Source of the DNA: Octopus vulgaris
Taxonomy: Eukaryota
Assembly (NCBI GenBank): GCA_951406725.2
Contig: OX597826.1
Location: forward strand, 13,392,001-13,456,000
DNA: 64,000 bases
Direction of reading: 5' to 3'
The position numbers were made by a program, and so were the translations under genes. Shown in pieces: positions 29,027 through 42,544 of the stretch. The notes under the pieces are model-generated. The model was not told the DNA's origin. It ran no database searches and was given only the letters and a program-made list of their open reading frames with translations. The first letter of the stretch is position 1. Each line of letters starts with the position of its first letter.

Positions 29027-30407
29027 CAACAAGAGTATTTCAGTTCCTATTTACTAATCCACTCACAAGGCTTTAGTAGGGCCGAGGATATAGTAGAAGA
29101 CATGCCACGCATTAGGACCTAACCCGGAACCATGTTGTTGGGAAGCAAGCTTCTTACCACACAGCCACGCCTTCGGATATAACTGAGAAGGCAGATCAAA
29201 TATCCAGGGAAAAAGATTTTCGCGAATGTGTGCGTGCGTGCGTGTGTATACATACAGACGTACATATATACATACATGCATACATAAATACACACATGCA
29301 TGCATACATACATGCATACATACAATATATAATTACATCAGCTGAAAGTAATAAATTCTGATAAACTTCCCTACTTCTGCTCTCTCAGTTTCTACTCGCC
29401 CACCCCTAACCTTCTTTGTATGTTTCTATCTAATATCAACTCACCAGCTTTTTCGACTCCTGGTCGTCTAGAATTGTACCTTCACCAGTTTTCGACTGCC
29501 ATACCAAACCCCAAGCAGTCTTCCAGGCACACCCACCATCTGGTTAAGAAATAATAGTAATACACACGTATATATATATATATATTTCCCGGCAGCTTTA
29601 AATTAGATATAGATGCAAAGAAAAAAGAAGAGGAGGAGAAACGAGTTAATGAAATAAATTGGTGATTATCAAATCCAAGCTACAGCAGACGTAGTAATTA
29701 CAATATTTGACAATCATTTAAGGCGGGGGAGCTGGTTGAATTGATAGCTTGCCGGTCAAAATGCGTGGCAGCATTTCATCCGTCTCTACGGTCCGAGTTC
29801 AAATTCCGCCGAGGTCGTCTTTGTCTTTCATCCTTCAACAGCAGACATAGTGATTACAAATATGTCAATAAGTTAAGGCGGTGAGTCTTGGAAGACTCGG
29901 ACTCGTTAGCCTGCCGGACAAAATGCGTAGCGGCATTTCGTCCGCCTTTGCCTTCTGATTTCAAATTCTTGCTGGGGTTGATAAAATAAGTACCATTTAA
30001 ATACTGGGGTTGATGTGATCAACTTACCCATTGCCCCGAAATTGCTTTGTGTCAGAATTTGAAACCAGGATCTGACAATCATAATGAGGTTCATTGCTGA
30101 AACTTTGTTTTAGTCCTTATCATATAAGTGTGCACGCATTAACAGGGTTTCCAATGTTTATTTCAGTGGGTTTTTTTTTAGTTTTTTACCCCTAGTTGTC
30201 AAAACGCTAGGCCACGTGTAGCAACGTAAACATTGACGCATACATGGACGTGCATATGAACTCGTGTGTTTAAATTGCACTGGATTATCTTTAGGTCATG
30301 AGTCTCTTCCATTACAGCTTAACTGGAGCTGCACTAGGACAACGCAACATGCATATGCCATGCCTCCAACTAGAGGCTCTCTAGACACTGTCGAAAGAGA
30401 TTGTATA

Positions 30408-30577
30408 GGCGCAGGTGTGGTTGTGTAGTCTGCAGTTTGATTTCCAACCACATGGTTCCGGGTTCAGTCTCACTGCGTGGGGCCTTCTACTATAGTTCTT
30501 CTACCGTAGCCCTAGGCCCGACCAAAGCCTTGTGAGCGAATTTGGTAGGCAGAAACAGGAAAATGCCCGTCGTATGC

Positions 30578-30647
<70 letters not shown>

Positions 30648-30860
30648 ATGTATGTATATGTGCATCGATTGTCTGTGTCTGTGTTTGTCCCTCACCACCA
30701 CTTGGTGGGCTTACGTCCCCGTAACTGAGCGGTTCGGTTAAAGAGACCGATAGAATAAGTACCAAGCTTAAAAAGTACTGGGGTTGATTCACTCAACTAA
30801 GAATTATCCAAAGCAGTGCTACGGCATGGCTGCAGCCTTATGAATGATACAAGTAAAAAA
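30408..30860 (+). mobile_element. SINE family A, diverged
   Basis: ggcgcaggtgtggttgtgtag head through atacaagtaaaa tail. Confidence 0.75.
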
Positions 30861-32045
30861 ACTTCATGAAATTTAAAAGATGGAAAATGACTGAAGGTAA
30901 TACGTAATGACATTTTGGATTTGCTGAAAAGAAAATGATTTACCTTTACAAGGAATATATCCGCACATTCTGAAGCTATTAATAAAATAGAAACCTAGAT
31001 CAATTCGTGTAGAAAATAATGATATAATTATAATGAGAGCCCCCCCACCGCCACCGTTTCATATCAGGTCATGCAGGTTCAATCATGAAGGATCCTAATC
31101 TTAAGAGCAGCCCTAAAACTAACCCTTACTCCTAAACCTGAATAAATGAAGCGAACAAACTTTGTTCTGACAACACATACAAGAATATATTTCATAACCT
31201 TTTAAACTGACGTTCCCAGTTCATTGTCAATGACAGTCGACTTTAAAGGACCACGTTGTCACATTAAACTAAGCGATACTTATTTTCATGCAGAATGAAA
31301 TGTATCAAATCCTAAGACTACATCAATATAATTTTGCTTTTCTATTTCACCACTAATTCCTGATACGTATCTTATTAAAATTCATAAAGTCCAAATGAAT
31401 TAGGCAAACGTTTAAAGTTTCTCTATCAAATTTCAATTGCAAGATTAATAGCGATGGGAACTGTTATGAAATTGCCAAAATATAAAGCTCTGCCTCCCAA
31501 GCAGTAAATACATAGAAAAGTCATATCATGTCATAGGGATATCACCACCACTAATACATTAACAAGTAATATTGGTTTCACAGAACATTAGAACATAAGT
31601 CACCAGCATCATTACAACATGTAAGTGCCTCATCAACATCTGAATAAAACTACAGCACTTTCAAAGCATATTTGGAAATAAAGAGACAGAGTACCTCCAC
31701 ATAGAAATAGATCGAAGTTTGGTAAGACTTCATACTATGTCCCAGGCAATTCCAATTCCAGTAAAGGAAACGAGTAAACTGCGTCTAAAACATGCTAAGT
31801 TTACTTCTCATGTTTTAAAAATGATCCACTAGGTGCATACTCATTAACCGTTAACTTTAAGAATCATGAGATCACAGTGAAATTTGTGAATGCAATTTCC
31901 ACCATAAACAGTAATTTTTTCTCGATCCAATCCCCTGATGTAGACAGACGACCAAATGACCAAATGATTTAACAAAACCTTCGTTTAAAAATGTAATCCC
32001 GTCTGCCTTCAATAATAATATGCACTCAGATTCAGACCCACGTGA

Positions 32046-32131
<86 letters not shown>

Positions 32132-32601
32132 CACACACACACATTGGCAGAGTCGTTTGCGCGTCGGATAGAGCGTATCGTTTCATAATGGTATTTGTTC
32201 CGACTATGTGCTCTGGGTTCAAACCCTACCCTCCTAAGATTTGCCTTTCATCCCATCGGGGTCGATAATTCATCCCAGTCTAAGGGGATGGATTGATGAT
32301 GCTGTTAGCGTGTCCGTATCCTTCCTGGTTCGTCGCATTATGGTGGGCCACGTCCACAACGACATTGATACTATGCTGCTTTGTTATTATCTTTTCCTTG
32401 GGCATCATCAGATGTTTGGGCACTTGATAGTCTTTCACAAAATCCCCTAATCAGACCCTCACCTGGAATATTTCAGGTACGAATACACGTTATCAGCCAT
32501 GTTTGAAGTGAGGCGCTATATAAACTCTGACTAACGCTTATATTTTGTTAGTCTACATTCGTTTCGTTTCTTAATTTTGTATGAGTATATTATATCATGT
32601 A

Positions 32602-32912
32602 GAGGCGCAATGGCCCAGTGGTTAGGGCAGCGGAATTGAGGTCGGGGGATCGCGGTTTCAATTCCCAGACCGAGCGTTGTGTGTGTTTATTGAGCGAAAA
32701 CACCAATAAAAGCTGCACGAGACTCAGGTAGGGGATGGTGGCCACCCCTGTTGTACTCTTTCGCCACAACTTTCTCTCACTCTGTCTTCCTGTTTCTTGA
32801 GTAACGCTGCGATGGACTGGCGTCCCGTCCAGCTGGGGGGAATACATACGCCACAGAAACCGGGAAACCGGACCCATGAGCCTGGCTAGGCTTGAACAGG
32901 GTGACGTTCATC
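32602..32912 (+). mobile_element. SINE family D, tail type 2 (family C tail)
   Basis: Family D head and body joined at ttcttg|agtaacgctgcgatggactgg to the family C 3' end. tatatcat flanks both sides. Confidence 0.85.
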
Positions 32913-33650
32913 GTTATATATATATCATATTTTCAGTTTCCTGTAGTGATATTTTCTCTTTCATTTCCGGTTTTGTTTTCGTCTCTTACGCTTATCATCC
33001 GTTCAAAATTTTAAAGATTGTTTCCCTGTCGCATAAATAATTCTATGTCACTTTATACATCTGCAAGATCTAATTCTACGTATTCAGTACATATTTGGAG
33101 AGTGACACAGCCTCACAGAAATTGTGGTTGTATATGATATATTACAGTTCAAGAGTTTGGTTGATAACAGCTGGTTCTTAAATCCCTTGATAAAAAATAA
33201 TCTACAGAAGTAAGCTTCGCAATTTTGTGTGTACCTGTAGGCATTCAGATATCTTTACACATTCCGAAACACTGGTTTATGTTGAAACTACCCTACATAT
33301 GTGTTTGCGTACATTTTTGGTGAGTACAAGACACAGGTAATTAAACAAAAATACGCTCACAAAAATGCATACATACATACATACACACATACATACATAT
33401 ATAAAAGTAAGGACAGGAAGAGATGCATAGTCCTACACACGCACGCGCGCACATAAATGTCTAATTTTTCAAAATGCCATTTGAAATCCCACGTGATCCC
33501 TAGATAATTCAGAATTTCATATATAATATTACTCGAGAAATGCATATTATGTTTGCGTGTAGGCATAATATCATGGGTATGTATGTAGCCATGAATGTAA
33601 GTTACGTATATAGTCTCTGTGTGTGTGTGTGTGTGTGTACGTGTGTGTGA

Positions 33651-33688
<38 letters not shown>

Positions 33689-33757
33689 TTATTTATATAT
33701 ATATATGTATGTATATATATATACATAGACAGACAGACAACGAGTGTTATATATGTT

Positions 33758-33790
<33 letters not shown>

Positions 33791-34659
33791 TACACACAGT
33801 ATTTGGTGCACACTCACACGTAAGCAGTAAGAATAGAGAGTTTATTAGGAATTGCGTCATAGCTCCAAGTTTATATTAATGCTGCGAGCGACACCCCGAA
33901 AGGTTTTCTAGAAAGTCAGAAGTATCTGACTGCTCTTATTTTATTGTCCTCGGAAGGTAAAAAGACAGCAAAATGATGTAAAGTCAATGTGCGTATGGAA
34001 CTATTGAAGAATTTATCGGCCTCTCCTTTGGCGGAAGCACAGTGGCTCCCTTGAAAGACACGGCACGTGTAGTACATCTTTTGGCAAAGTTTGTCAGAAC
34101 AAAAATATTAATAAACGGAAACTTATTTAATATCTATAGCCCCTAAGTATGTTTGAAAGGTATTTGATATCCCAAAAGGGAACACATTGTATAGGTATGC
34201 ATGAGGGCATTACACTTAATTTGGCAGAAAGAAAAAAAATGGAGAACTCGCGTGATTGTGTGAATTGGGACCTAGTTATTAGACGTATGAATGCCCAGAA
34301 TGTATATACATGCAATACGTGTGTGTGTGATCACGCGCATGCGAGTGAAGGGATTAATTAATTTTTTCATTTTATATGAACGTTATTTTCAGGGACGTAG
34401 CTAGTGTTTGAGACTTGTGGTAGCCCTTGAGTTTGCATCACCTCTCCGCCCCCTTTACAAGCCTATACAGCAGATCTTATAGTGCTCCTTTCCCCATAAA
34501 AGCTTCACCCGGAGCGGACCATACTCTCACCACAACCATCCCTTACCTGCGCTACTGATTATTCTTTTCAGAAGGCCAGCAACATTTTGAAGGCCGGTGT
34601 ATATATTGGCCCTGAATATGACAGACTCTGCTTATCCAAAGACATTATTAAAGCAATGA

Positions 34660-35310
34660 CGTGGTATAAAAAAAAATCCTGGACTAGTTATGGTTAATAA
34701 AACTGATTTATCCAACTTATTTATTTAAGTTTTACATCATCTCTTTTGAAATAGTTACCTTGTACAGCACTACACCGGTCCAAGCATTCTTGTCGCTTTT
34801 GGAATCCGGTTTAGAAGTTTTCTGTTAGCGAGTCAAAGACCTTCTGTGATTCTTTCTAGATCTCGACAACGGTGTTAAAACGGCTACCTTTGAGCTGCAT
34901 TTTCATCTTGGGGAAGATATGGAAATCCGCAGGTACAAAATCTGGCGAATAAGGCGGCTGCGGAAGCGATATCACGTGGCCTTTGACAAGAAACTCACGA
35001 GTGAGGAGAGATCGTGACAGGATGCATTGTCGTCGAGTAGAATCCAAATCTTCGCGTTCTACAGATCCGGTCGCTTTCGCCAAATGTCTTCCCTCAAACG
35101 CCTCGTTGATTGTCCTCCGACGATTCTCATGGACAAGCTGATGAATTTTCTCCGCATTTGCGGGGGTGGCGCTCGTGGCAGGTCTTTCAGATCATTCATT
35201 GTTTTCCGCTTTTAAAGCGCCCGTGTCACTCGAAACATTGCACACAACCCATTGCTTCGTCGTCATAAACTTGTCGATGCCTGCTCAATGTCTCTATAGC
35301 AGACTTCTCA
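34660..35310 (-). mobile_element. Decayed, internally deleted mariner of a different subfamily
   Basis: Translation LPQPPYSPDFVPADFHIFPKMKMQLKGSRF...QGNYF with stop codons. Confidence 0.75.
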
Positions 35311-35806
35311 AGACCTCGGCAGAATTTGAACATTAGAACGTAAGGACGGATGAAATGCCTATTTCTTTACTGCCAATAAAGAGCTAAACACAGAGAGGAC
35401 AAACAAGGACAGACAAACGGATTAAGTCGATTATATCGACCCCAGTGCGTAACTGGTACTTATTTAATCGACCCCGAAAGGATGAAAGGCAACGTCGACC
35501 TCGGCGGAATTTGAACTCAGAACGTAACGGCAGACGAAATACCTATTTCTTTACTACCTACAAGGGGATAAACACAGAGCGGACAAACAAGGACAGACAG
35601 ACAGATTAAGTCGATTATATCGACTACAATGCGTAACTGGTACTTAATTTATCGGCCCCGAAAGGATGAAAGGCAAAGTCGACCTCGGCGGAATTTGAAC
35701 TCAGAACGTAACGGCAGACGAAATACGGCTACGCATTTCGCCCGGCGTACGAAATGCCGTTAAGCATTTTACCTGGCGTGCTAATGACTCTGCCAGCTCG
35801 CCGCCT
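35310..35806 (-). mobile_element. SINE B dimer (35360-35748) inserted into the head of an older B-type SINE
   Basis: TSD aYgaaatgcc at 35350-35359 and 35749-35758. The host head and body resume on either side. Confidence 0.85.
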
Positions 35807-36672
35807 TATATTGGAAAGTTAATAGTGATTTGAGAAATCATGAATACAGAAACAACTTTGCTATGGTACTGACTATATTGTTTTATCTGTGGCTGACACC
35901 GATAAATATCAGTAAAGTAACAGAGCAAGGTGTACTTTGCTAATTTCCTGCGTCAGCTGGCAACAATCCTATACAGACGGGATTTTTACTTGAGTAAACT
36001 TCAAATCACTGTCAGACATGCATTTTTCACATTAATAATCAAGGACATACCTTATCAGTATATGCTAATTATCTCCTTCAGATATAATCAGCTTAATGTT
36101 CGGGATCCTTTCAAACAGGAGATATTTTCTAATCAAGGTCAGTTAGCTTTATATCATTGCGACGTCAGAGGAGTTCCAACGACGAAAGTAGAAAATATAC
36201 GAACACTGGCGATTCAGAGATAGTCTAATTTTCGTTTGTGATTTTTCCCGAAAATTGTATATAATGCTGTATATATAAGTATATACGTAAAAAAAAAGCA
36301 GAATATCATATATTCATTTTTTTTTTCCATTTTCATCTAGTTTCAGCTCACGAGCTGTGGCCATGCTGGGTTTTATTAGACAATTATTTTATTTCCATTG
36401 AATATTTTCTTCCACTTTGTTTAGGGTCATATTTCAATGAAACACTTGTGATCTATTCTGTTGACAACTTTGTCCTTCGTGCGTAGACACGTTTGAATGT
36501 CTCATTTGTGTCTCATACGTCCAGTTGGTGAGTTGGAAAATGTTGTAATCGTTTACTACCAGCTGATGGTTAACCCGAGCGTGGGCAGATGATCGCCCAC
36601 GTTCATTGTCATCATCCTCGTTAAGGTGGGGAGCTGACAGAATCGTGAGCACAGGAGGCAAAATGCTTATCG

Positions 36673-37740
36673 TACGAGGGCAAGGAAGAAGAACTGGGAT
36701 TCAAACTGCATAGGCAAAGAAGTAGACGGCATCAAGCAGTAACAGTAACAGATCTAGACTATGCTGATGACCTGGCATTACTACCAGAGAGGATAGATCA
36801 GGCACAGGAAGTGCTGAGCAGATTAGAGCAGGAATCGGGGATGGTTGAACTGTACCATAACGCAAAGGAAACAGAGTTGCAAGTATTCAACCACGAAATG
36901 CCTGTGTCAGTGACAGTGAGAGACGGAAAGTCGCTCAAGGTAGTTGAAAATTTCAAATACTTTGGTGTGTGGACACAAAATACTGAAAAAGACATTGTAG
37001 CAAGGAAAACTCTTGCCCGGAGCGCAGGCCATAAGTTGAGAAAGGTATGAAGTTCACAGTTAGCTAAGAAATTGAAAGTGAAGTTGTTTCCGGCAATAGT
37101 GGAGTCTGTTCTTCTATACAGCTGGCAGAAACGTTAGCACGCCGGGCGAAATGCTTAGCGGTATTTCGTCTGTCATTGCGTTGTGAGTTCAAATTCCGCC
37201 GAGGTCGACTTTGCCTTTCATCCTTTCGGGGTCGATAAATTAAGTACCAGTTACACACTGGGGTCGATGTAATCGACTTAATCCGTTTGTCTGTCCTTGT
37301 TTGTCCCCTCTGTGTTTCGCCCCTTGTGGGTAGTAAAGAAATATATACAGTGCTGAAACATGGACGCAATTAGAAGGTTGTTATACGAGGATGCTAAGAA
37401 TGGCTCGGAGTGTCTTGCGGAAAAGTCATACAACAAACGCCAACTTAGACCAGGGACTACCAAAAGTAACATTGAAGATACAGCACAGAAGGATGAGGCT
37501 ACCTGGACACTGCATCAGACACACCGATGAAATTGCTAACAAGCTAGTGCTCTGGCAACCATCGGAAGGAAGAACCAGGAGAGGAAGGAGGAAGATGACC
37601 TCTATTGACCACTTGCTGGAGGATACTGGTATGGAAGGTGTACAGGAGCTGAGGACCATTATGGAAGATCGAGATGAGTGGGGGAAACGTGTGGAAACAG
37701 TATTGGGGCGTCCTGAAGGACGACCTAAATAGATAAATGC
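36673..37740 (+). mobile_element. 5'-truncated RTE-clade LINE, interrupted by SINE B
   Basis: Motifs DLDYADDLAL, VENFKYFG, ESVLLYSAETW, RRMRLPGHCIRH, LVLWQPSEGRTRRGR and MEDRDEW. Confidence 0.88.
37119..37343 (+). mobile_element. SINE family B nested in the RTE LINE
   Basis: TSD-like tatacag on both sides; splits the LLY/SAETW motif. Confidence 0.88.
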
Positions 37741-39408
37741 TATAATTGTCAAAAATCCGATAAAATATCATTAGCTCTGGTTCAAATATTTCCTTCGCTT
37801 TATTTCACGCATAATTAAAATTCTAATTAACATAAATTTTGGAGCTATCAACTGATTCTTTTGTCCATATTTGATTAAAATCATTCATTGAGTCCATATT
37901 TAAATCCCTTAACTGTAAAAATAATCATAATTAATTTTTTTCTTCTGCAACAATAAGCATATTACCATTTAGTCTCAATTACGTCTGAAAACACGAGACT
38001 GTTTCGGTTCGATAGTTTCTGATCAGGCCTCAATTTAGGCTTAAACATTAACAGCTACTACTACCACTGCTGCTGTAGCTGCTGCGGTCACTAATAATAA
38101 TTTTTCTATTATAGATGCAAGGCCTGAAATTTTTAGAGAGGGGCTTCGTCGATGGCCTTGACCCCAGGGCTCAACTGACACTTGTTTTATCGACTCTGAA
38201 ATGAGGAAAGTCAAAGTAGAACTGGGTTAAATACGAACTCACAATGTAAAGTCGGAAAAACTGCTGTTACTCATTTTGTGTAGCGTAAAAACGATTCTAC
38301 CAGCTCGCTGCTAATAATAATAACAATAATAATTATAATAATTTTTTTCTCATTTTGGCACAAGCCAAAATTATGAGAGGAGGGGCAAGTCGGTCGATTA
38401 CATCGATCACAGTGTTTGACTACTATTATCGATACGGAACCCCTTGTGGGTAATAAAAAATCAATTATCGACATCGAAATGCTGAAGGTTAAAGATAACC
38501 TCAGCGGGATTTGAACTCAAAATGTAAAGAACTATAAGAATCCCGTTAATCATTTAGTTCGACTCGCTAATTATTCTGCCAACCAGTAAAAAAATACTAC
38601 TAATAATACTTTCTTTGTTAGTCACAATGACCAAAATAACATTTAAGACATTACAATAACAATTTAAGATATTACAATAACAAAAATACAGTGAGGATTT
38701 ACATTTATATGTGTAAACAATATAACAATAACAATCAAGAGAACTAGTAACAACAAAGTGGTTACCAAGGAAACCCTCGCATCCTGGATCGTCCTGACCA
38801 CTAAGGCACCACAAAGGGATGCTCTTCTCCCATCCATTGCCTTCATCCTACAGGTACAAGTTTAAATTTGGCTCACTTACCCAGGCCATCATTGCCACAG
38901 CCACCTACATTTAAAACAAATTTACGGCTCCTCCTTTCCATTTTTAGCTTTGATTTTAAATGGAATGTTAAAATGTCGATAAGAACTTGGCCCAAAAGGA
39001 AAGGATCAGACTTCAGTCCTTTCACTCTTCAGTTCATTCACCACACAACCTCTTTCGCCATACCCAATAGGCAGAAGAAAACAACCCGTCCTTCCTAGCC
39101 AAAGGATTGCGGTGGGGCGATGTTCACCATGGAGCCAGCCGGTAACTGGATGCATCCAACATACAATAATGAAAAATAATGATGAAGATGATTCTGTCAT
39201 TAGCGTTGTTTCTGACATAGACAGAAGAGCACAAGCCTAGAGCAAGAGGCTGGTCAGTTAAATCGATACCAGTACTTGACTGGCGATATTCCGGGAGGAT
39301 GAAAGACAAAGTTGAAATCGAAGGATTTTTTGCTCAGAACATAAAAAGCGCTGGAGCATATAACGCAGTCTTTTGTGTGATGCACTCCTTATATTGCTAT
39401 AATCAATA

Positions 39409-40767
39409 AGGTGGTGGCGAACTGGCAGAGAACGTCGGGCAAAACACTTAGCTGTATTTCGTCCGAGTTCAAATTCCGCCGAAGTCGACTTTGCCTTTCA
39501 TCCTTTCGGTGTCGATTAAATCAGTACCAGTTACGCACTGGGGTCGATATAATCGACATAATCCTTTTGTCTGTCCTTGTTTGTCCCCTCTGTGTGTAGC
39601 CCCTTGTGGGCAGTAAAGAAATAAGAAACGTTAGCTCGCCGGGCGAAGCGCTTAGCGGTATTTCGTCTGTCTTTACGTTCTGAGTTCAAATTCCGCTGAG
39701 GTTGACTTTGCCTTTCATCCTTTCGGGGTCGATAAATTAAGGACCAGTTGCGTACTGGGATCAATCTAATAGACTGGCCCCTCCCACCTAAAATTTCGGG
39801 CCTTGTGCCTAGAGTAGAAAGGAATTAGGTGACGAGCTGGTAGAATCGTTAGCACGCTGAACAATTATTTCCTTTAAAATAAGTAGCAGCTGGGCATAAG
39901 GTTGATGTAATCGATTTAATTCCGCCCCCGAAATTGCTGCCATTGTGCCAAAATTTGAAACTAATGTGAATATAATGAATTAGGTGACGAGCTGGTAGAA
40001 TTGTTAGCACACCGAACAAAATATTTAGCGGCATTTCGTCCTTCTTTACGTTCCGAGTTCAAATTCCACCGAGGTCGACTTTGCTTTTCAACCTCTCGGG
40101 GTCGATAAAACAAGTACCAGTTCTTCACTGAGATCGAAGTAATCGACTTACCATCTTCCCGAAATTTCTGGCCTTCTGCCAAAATCTGAAACCATTCTAC
40201 ATATGACCATCACTGAAGGTGGTGAGCTGACAGATTAAATGCTTAGCAAGATTTCGCAAGTCTTTACGTTCGGTGCTCAAATCCCGCCGAAGTCGATTTT
40301 GCATTCATCCTTTCGGAGTCGATGAAATAAATACCAGTTGAGCTCTGAGGTTGATGTAACCGACTTAAATCCTCATCCGAAATTACTGGCCTTGTGCCAA
40401 AATTTGAAACCAATATTATTTCATACTTCCGGGTTCAAGTACTGGGCTCGATGTAAGCGACACTCTACTCCCACCTTCAAAATTTCATGCCTTATGCCTA
40501 TAGTAAAATGGGTCTAATATATTTTTCTAAACACAGAGGGGCTAAACACAGAGGGGCTAAACACAGAGGGGACAAACAAGGACAGGCAAACGGATTAAGT
40601 CGATTACATCGACCCCAGTGTGTAACTGGTACTTAATTTATCGACCCCGAAAGGATGAAAGGCAAAGTCGACCTCGGCAGAATTCGAACTCAGAACGTAA
40701 CGCCAGACGAAATACGGCTACGCATTTCACCCAGCGTGCTAACGTTTCAGCCAGCGCGCCGCCTTAC
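39409..40767. mobile_element. Cluster of ~7 SINE B/B' copies
   Basis: Six + strand head-to-tail copies or fragments and one - strand copy (40522-40767) with a 16-bp TSD aaatgggtctaatata. Confidence 0.8.
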
Positions 40768-41442
40768 AAATGGGTCTAATATAATCATTGCTGATAATGG
40801 TCATTGGGTTCTTATTTTTATAGTTAGCAAAAGAAAACAACCAAGTAATTCAGGAAGAATAACCGTTACCACCTCCTTGCTATTGAGTAAGACTTACTAA
40901 CCCTGACCTTTTCTGAATAAACATTAGCAGCCCACACAGTTGAATAAGCCTTACAACCGCTTATTATTGAATATCCCTTACACCCCTTACTTTAGAAGAA
41001 ACCTTTACACCCCTTGCAGTTGATTAGTGCTAACCATTCCTTCCGTACCTTACCCAAACTCTGACTTCTTACCTTACTGCCTATGCCTTAATTCCAGTCT
41101 TCTTAGATATATCTTCTCCTCACTTTCTTCTCCTCCATCTCTTCCTGCCCCTCTCTCTCAGGTAGATATACACACTCTTTCACACACAAATACACATACA
41201 CTCATACTTTCTCTCTCCCTCTCTCTCTCTCTCTCTCTCACACACAGATATACACATACACACTCCCTCCCTTTCCTTACTCTTTCTTTTATTATCTCTC
41301 TTTCTGGTACACATACACATACTCTTTTCTCTCTCTCTCTCTCTCTTTCCCTCTAAATTTTTATCTACAGAACTTGTTTCCCAAACTCTACACTGTATCT
41401 GTTCCTCCATCTTATCTTTTTCCTTCAGTATTTTTGTTAATT

Positions 41443-41445
<3 letters not shown>

Positions 41446-41475
<30 letters not shown>

Positions 41476-41521
41476 CTTCTTCTTCTTCTTCTTCTTCTTC
41501 TTCTTCTTCTTCTTCTTCTTC
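41446..41521. repeat. (CTT)n trinucleotide microsatellite
   Basis: Directly visible. Confidence 0.92.
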
Positions 41522-41778
41522 AAATGACTGAAACAAATGAAAGAAAAGAGAAAGAAAAGAATACAAGAATTGCCTTAATAGCAAAACCAATCACTACAAT
41601 AAGTTAAGCGATTGTAATATATAAAACATTATGCTTACACTTGAAACAACTTACTCATCCTCTCCCTCAAAATTGCTGCCCTTGAGGCAAAATTTGAAAC
41701 CATTATTATTATCCTCCAAAATGGTTATATTTTAAACATCAGTTTTACAAACTGCCGTGAGTTGAAATTGTGAGTTTG

Positions 41779-42544
41779 TATTGTGCGCGGAAAATCCTCA
41801 GTAGTTGGTGGTATCATATATGTGACTGCTTGGCTTTCTAGCCTCCACTACAGTGTGTGATTTGGTACCGTTTGAGGTGTATATCTTATAAGAGATCTCC
41901 ACTTTTTCCAATTATACCGGGATTAGAACTTTCACACTAATTTCAGGGCAATAGAGAGCTGAGACAACAGTTACAAGAATTTTACAAGATACTAGACTTT
42001 GCAGAAACCAGAAGAATAATTGAATAATACTCATTAGAAGAAAAACGACAGATCCAAAGAGCAGTTGAAAGTCTGCGTTAATCATACCCTTTGAAGATTT
42101 TAAAATAAACAGCTAACAGAACGGTTACTTTCCGGTGACCGGTGGACGGAAAGAGCCCTATATATCCAAGAAGAAAAACATCCAAGGGAAATTTGGCACA
42201 ATATGGGATAGTGAAGCACAGCACTGTGGTGTGTAAAGAATTTACCATGGATCAGCTGTTAGTTAAATTGTTATATGTACCAATTGAATTAAACATCCGG
42301 TGGGTGGTGATAAGCGTTGCTTCACAAGGAGAAGACACAACTATGGACATGAACAAACTTTGCTAGCAATATTGCCCTGAAATTAGTGTGAAAGTTCTAA
42401 TCCCGGTATAATTGGAAAAAGTGGAGATCTCTTATAAGATATACACCTCAAACGGTACCAAATCACACACTATAGTGGAGGCTAGAAAGCCAAGCAGTCA
42501 CATATGTGGTACCACCAACTACTGAGGATTGTCCGCGCACAATA
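41779..42544. repeat. 175-bp inverted repeat with 416-bp spacer
   Basis: 41779-41953 is the reverse complement of 42370-42544, with ~4 mismatches by eye. Confidence 0.92.

Noticed and set aside
41374-41607. Poly-Leu/poly-Glu ORFs
   Set aside because: Products of a (CTT)n microsatellite.
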